Shown here: piece after piece, positions 63,280 through 64,000 of the stretch
Position numbering within the stretch: position 1 is the stretch's first letter
How the letters are laid out: every line of letters begins with the position of its first letter
NCBI GenBank assembly: GCA_964248365.1
Contig: CAXTYC010000006.1
Location: 64,001-128,000, forward strand
Direction: 5' to 3'
DNA length: 64,000 nt
DNA from: an uncultured Chroococcidiopsis sp.
GTDB taxonomy: Bacteria > Cyanobacteriota > Cyanobacteriia > Cyanobacteriales > Chroococcidiopsidaceae
Notes under the pieces: generated by a model
Told to the model about the DNA's origin: nothing
What the model saw: only the letters and a program-made list of their open reading frames with translations
Databases searched by the model: none
Position numbers and translations under genes: made by a program

Positions 63280-63905
63280 TTTATCCCCCTTCTAAAATTA
63301 CCAATCATCAATATTGAATGCCTATAGCAAAGCATGGTATCAGGAACGCAACTTTCGACCAGCTAGCAAATTTGAGATGTGCTTATATCTCTTAAATAGT
63401 AATTTAGACAAACTATAAAAGATCAAAATTTCAATACAATGTTAAAAATTTTGATTTATATGCATTTTTTTATTAATTATCATTAAATCGTTGCTGCATC
63501 AGCTTGTATTCTCACCGTCTGCTGTCTGGTGCGGGTTAATCTCTTGGGCAAAATTCCTTAGTATTCTAAATATTTAGTTGCGAATAATTTGGATGCGAAA
63601 AATTTTTGTAATACCAAAAGAATGACCAGTTACCAGTAACGATCGCATCTATTGCGATCCTAGCTCTTGTATCATTCTTAACAATTCCCTTGATAATTGA
63701 TAATTAATAATTGATAATTGTTGAATACCTATACAAGGTATTTCATGACACAAATGGGATTACTATAAAATATAAAATCGTGGTAGGGTAAGACTTGAAG
63801 GCGTGAGACAAAAAAATAGATAAGCATTTTGCTTATCTTAGTTTGTTTACACCTCAAAACAGTTATATAAATTTTTGATGACACAAAGGCGGAAGTACAG
63901 TTGAT

Positions 63906-64000
63906 TCAGTCTTCTTCTTTGCTTTCGGCATTGTTATTGGGGGAAGCTTCGTAAAGAGCATCCAATTGAGCGCGAGCATCTTCGACGTTGATTGAACGCA
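63906..64000 (-). CDS. 3' end of a gene entering from beyond the window
   Basis: Open frame ...RSINVEDARAQLDALYEASPNNNAESKEED* on the minus strand. Confidence 0.55.
   Translation of the reverse strand, partial: RSINVEDARAQLDALYEASPNNNAESKEED

Noticed and set aside
63841..63905. GGCGGAAGTA resembling the glutamine riboswitch 3' motif
   Set aside because: The 5' CGTTCA/CGTTGG strand is missing and there is no downstream + strand gene in view.

Overview
This is a 64-kb chromosomal window from a cyanobacterium. Abundant HIP1 GCGATCGC octamers, STRR heptamer arrays and the cnaT-ntcB-nirB/nirA order suggest Nostocales or a relative. From left to right: (1) an AT-rich, HIP1-poor ~10-kb glycan-modification region with two paralogous secreted GH16 hydrolases, a TylF-like methyltransferase, a WecB/TagA glycosyltransferase and an acyltransferase-3; (2) housekeeping genes (sppA, fni, TPR protein, aspA-like, ppa, panD, ccaA), two pseudogenes and an NsiR4-like sRNA with a canonical NtcA promoter; (3) the nitrate assimilation cluster cnaT-ntcB-nirB <> nirA-nrtP-narB with visible NtcA/NtcB boxes; (4) a urea ABC transporter (urtABCDE) split twice, by a GT-C mannosyltransferase gene and by psb34 plus a hybrid kinase / REC-PAS-GGDEF-EAL module; (5) trpE, psaD, a DICT-GAF kinase, and a GT4 / amylo-1,6-glucosidase / GH65-betaPGM sugar cluster. 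I found no CRISPR array, tRNA, rRNA or intact transposase. No clearly new system is demonstrable from sequence alone. The best candidates are the interrupted urt operon, the sugar cluster and the GH16 region. All family calls come from motif recognition by eye, not database searches.
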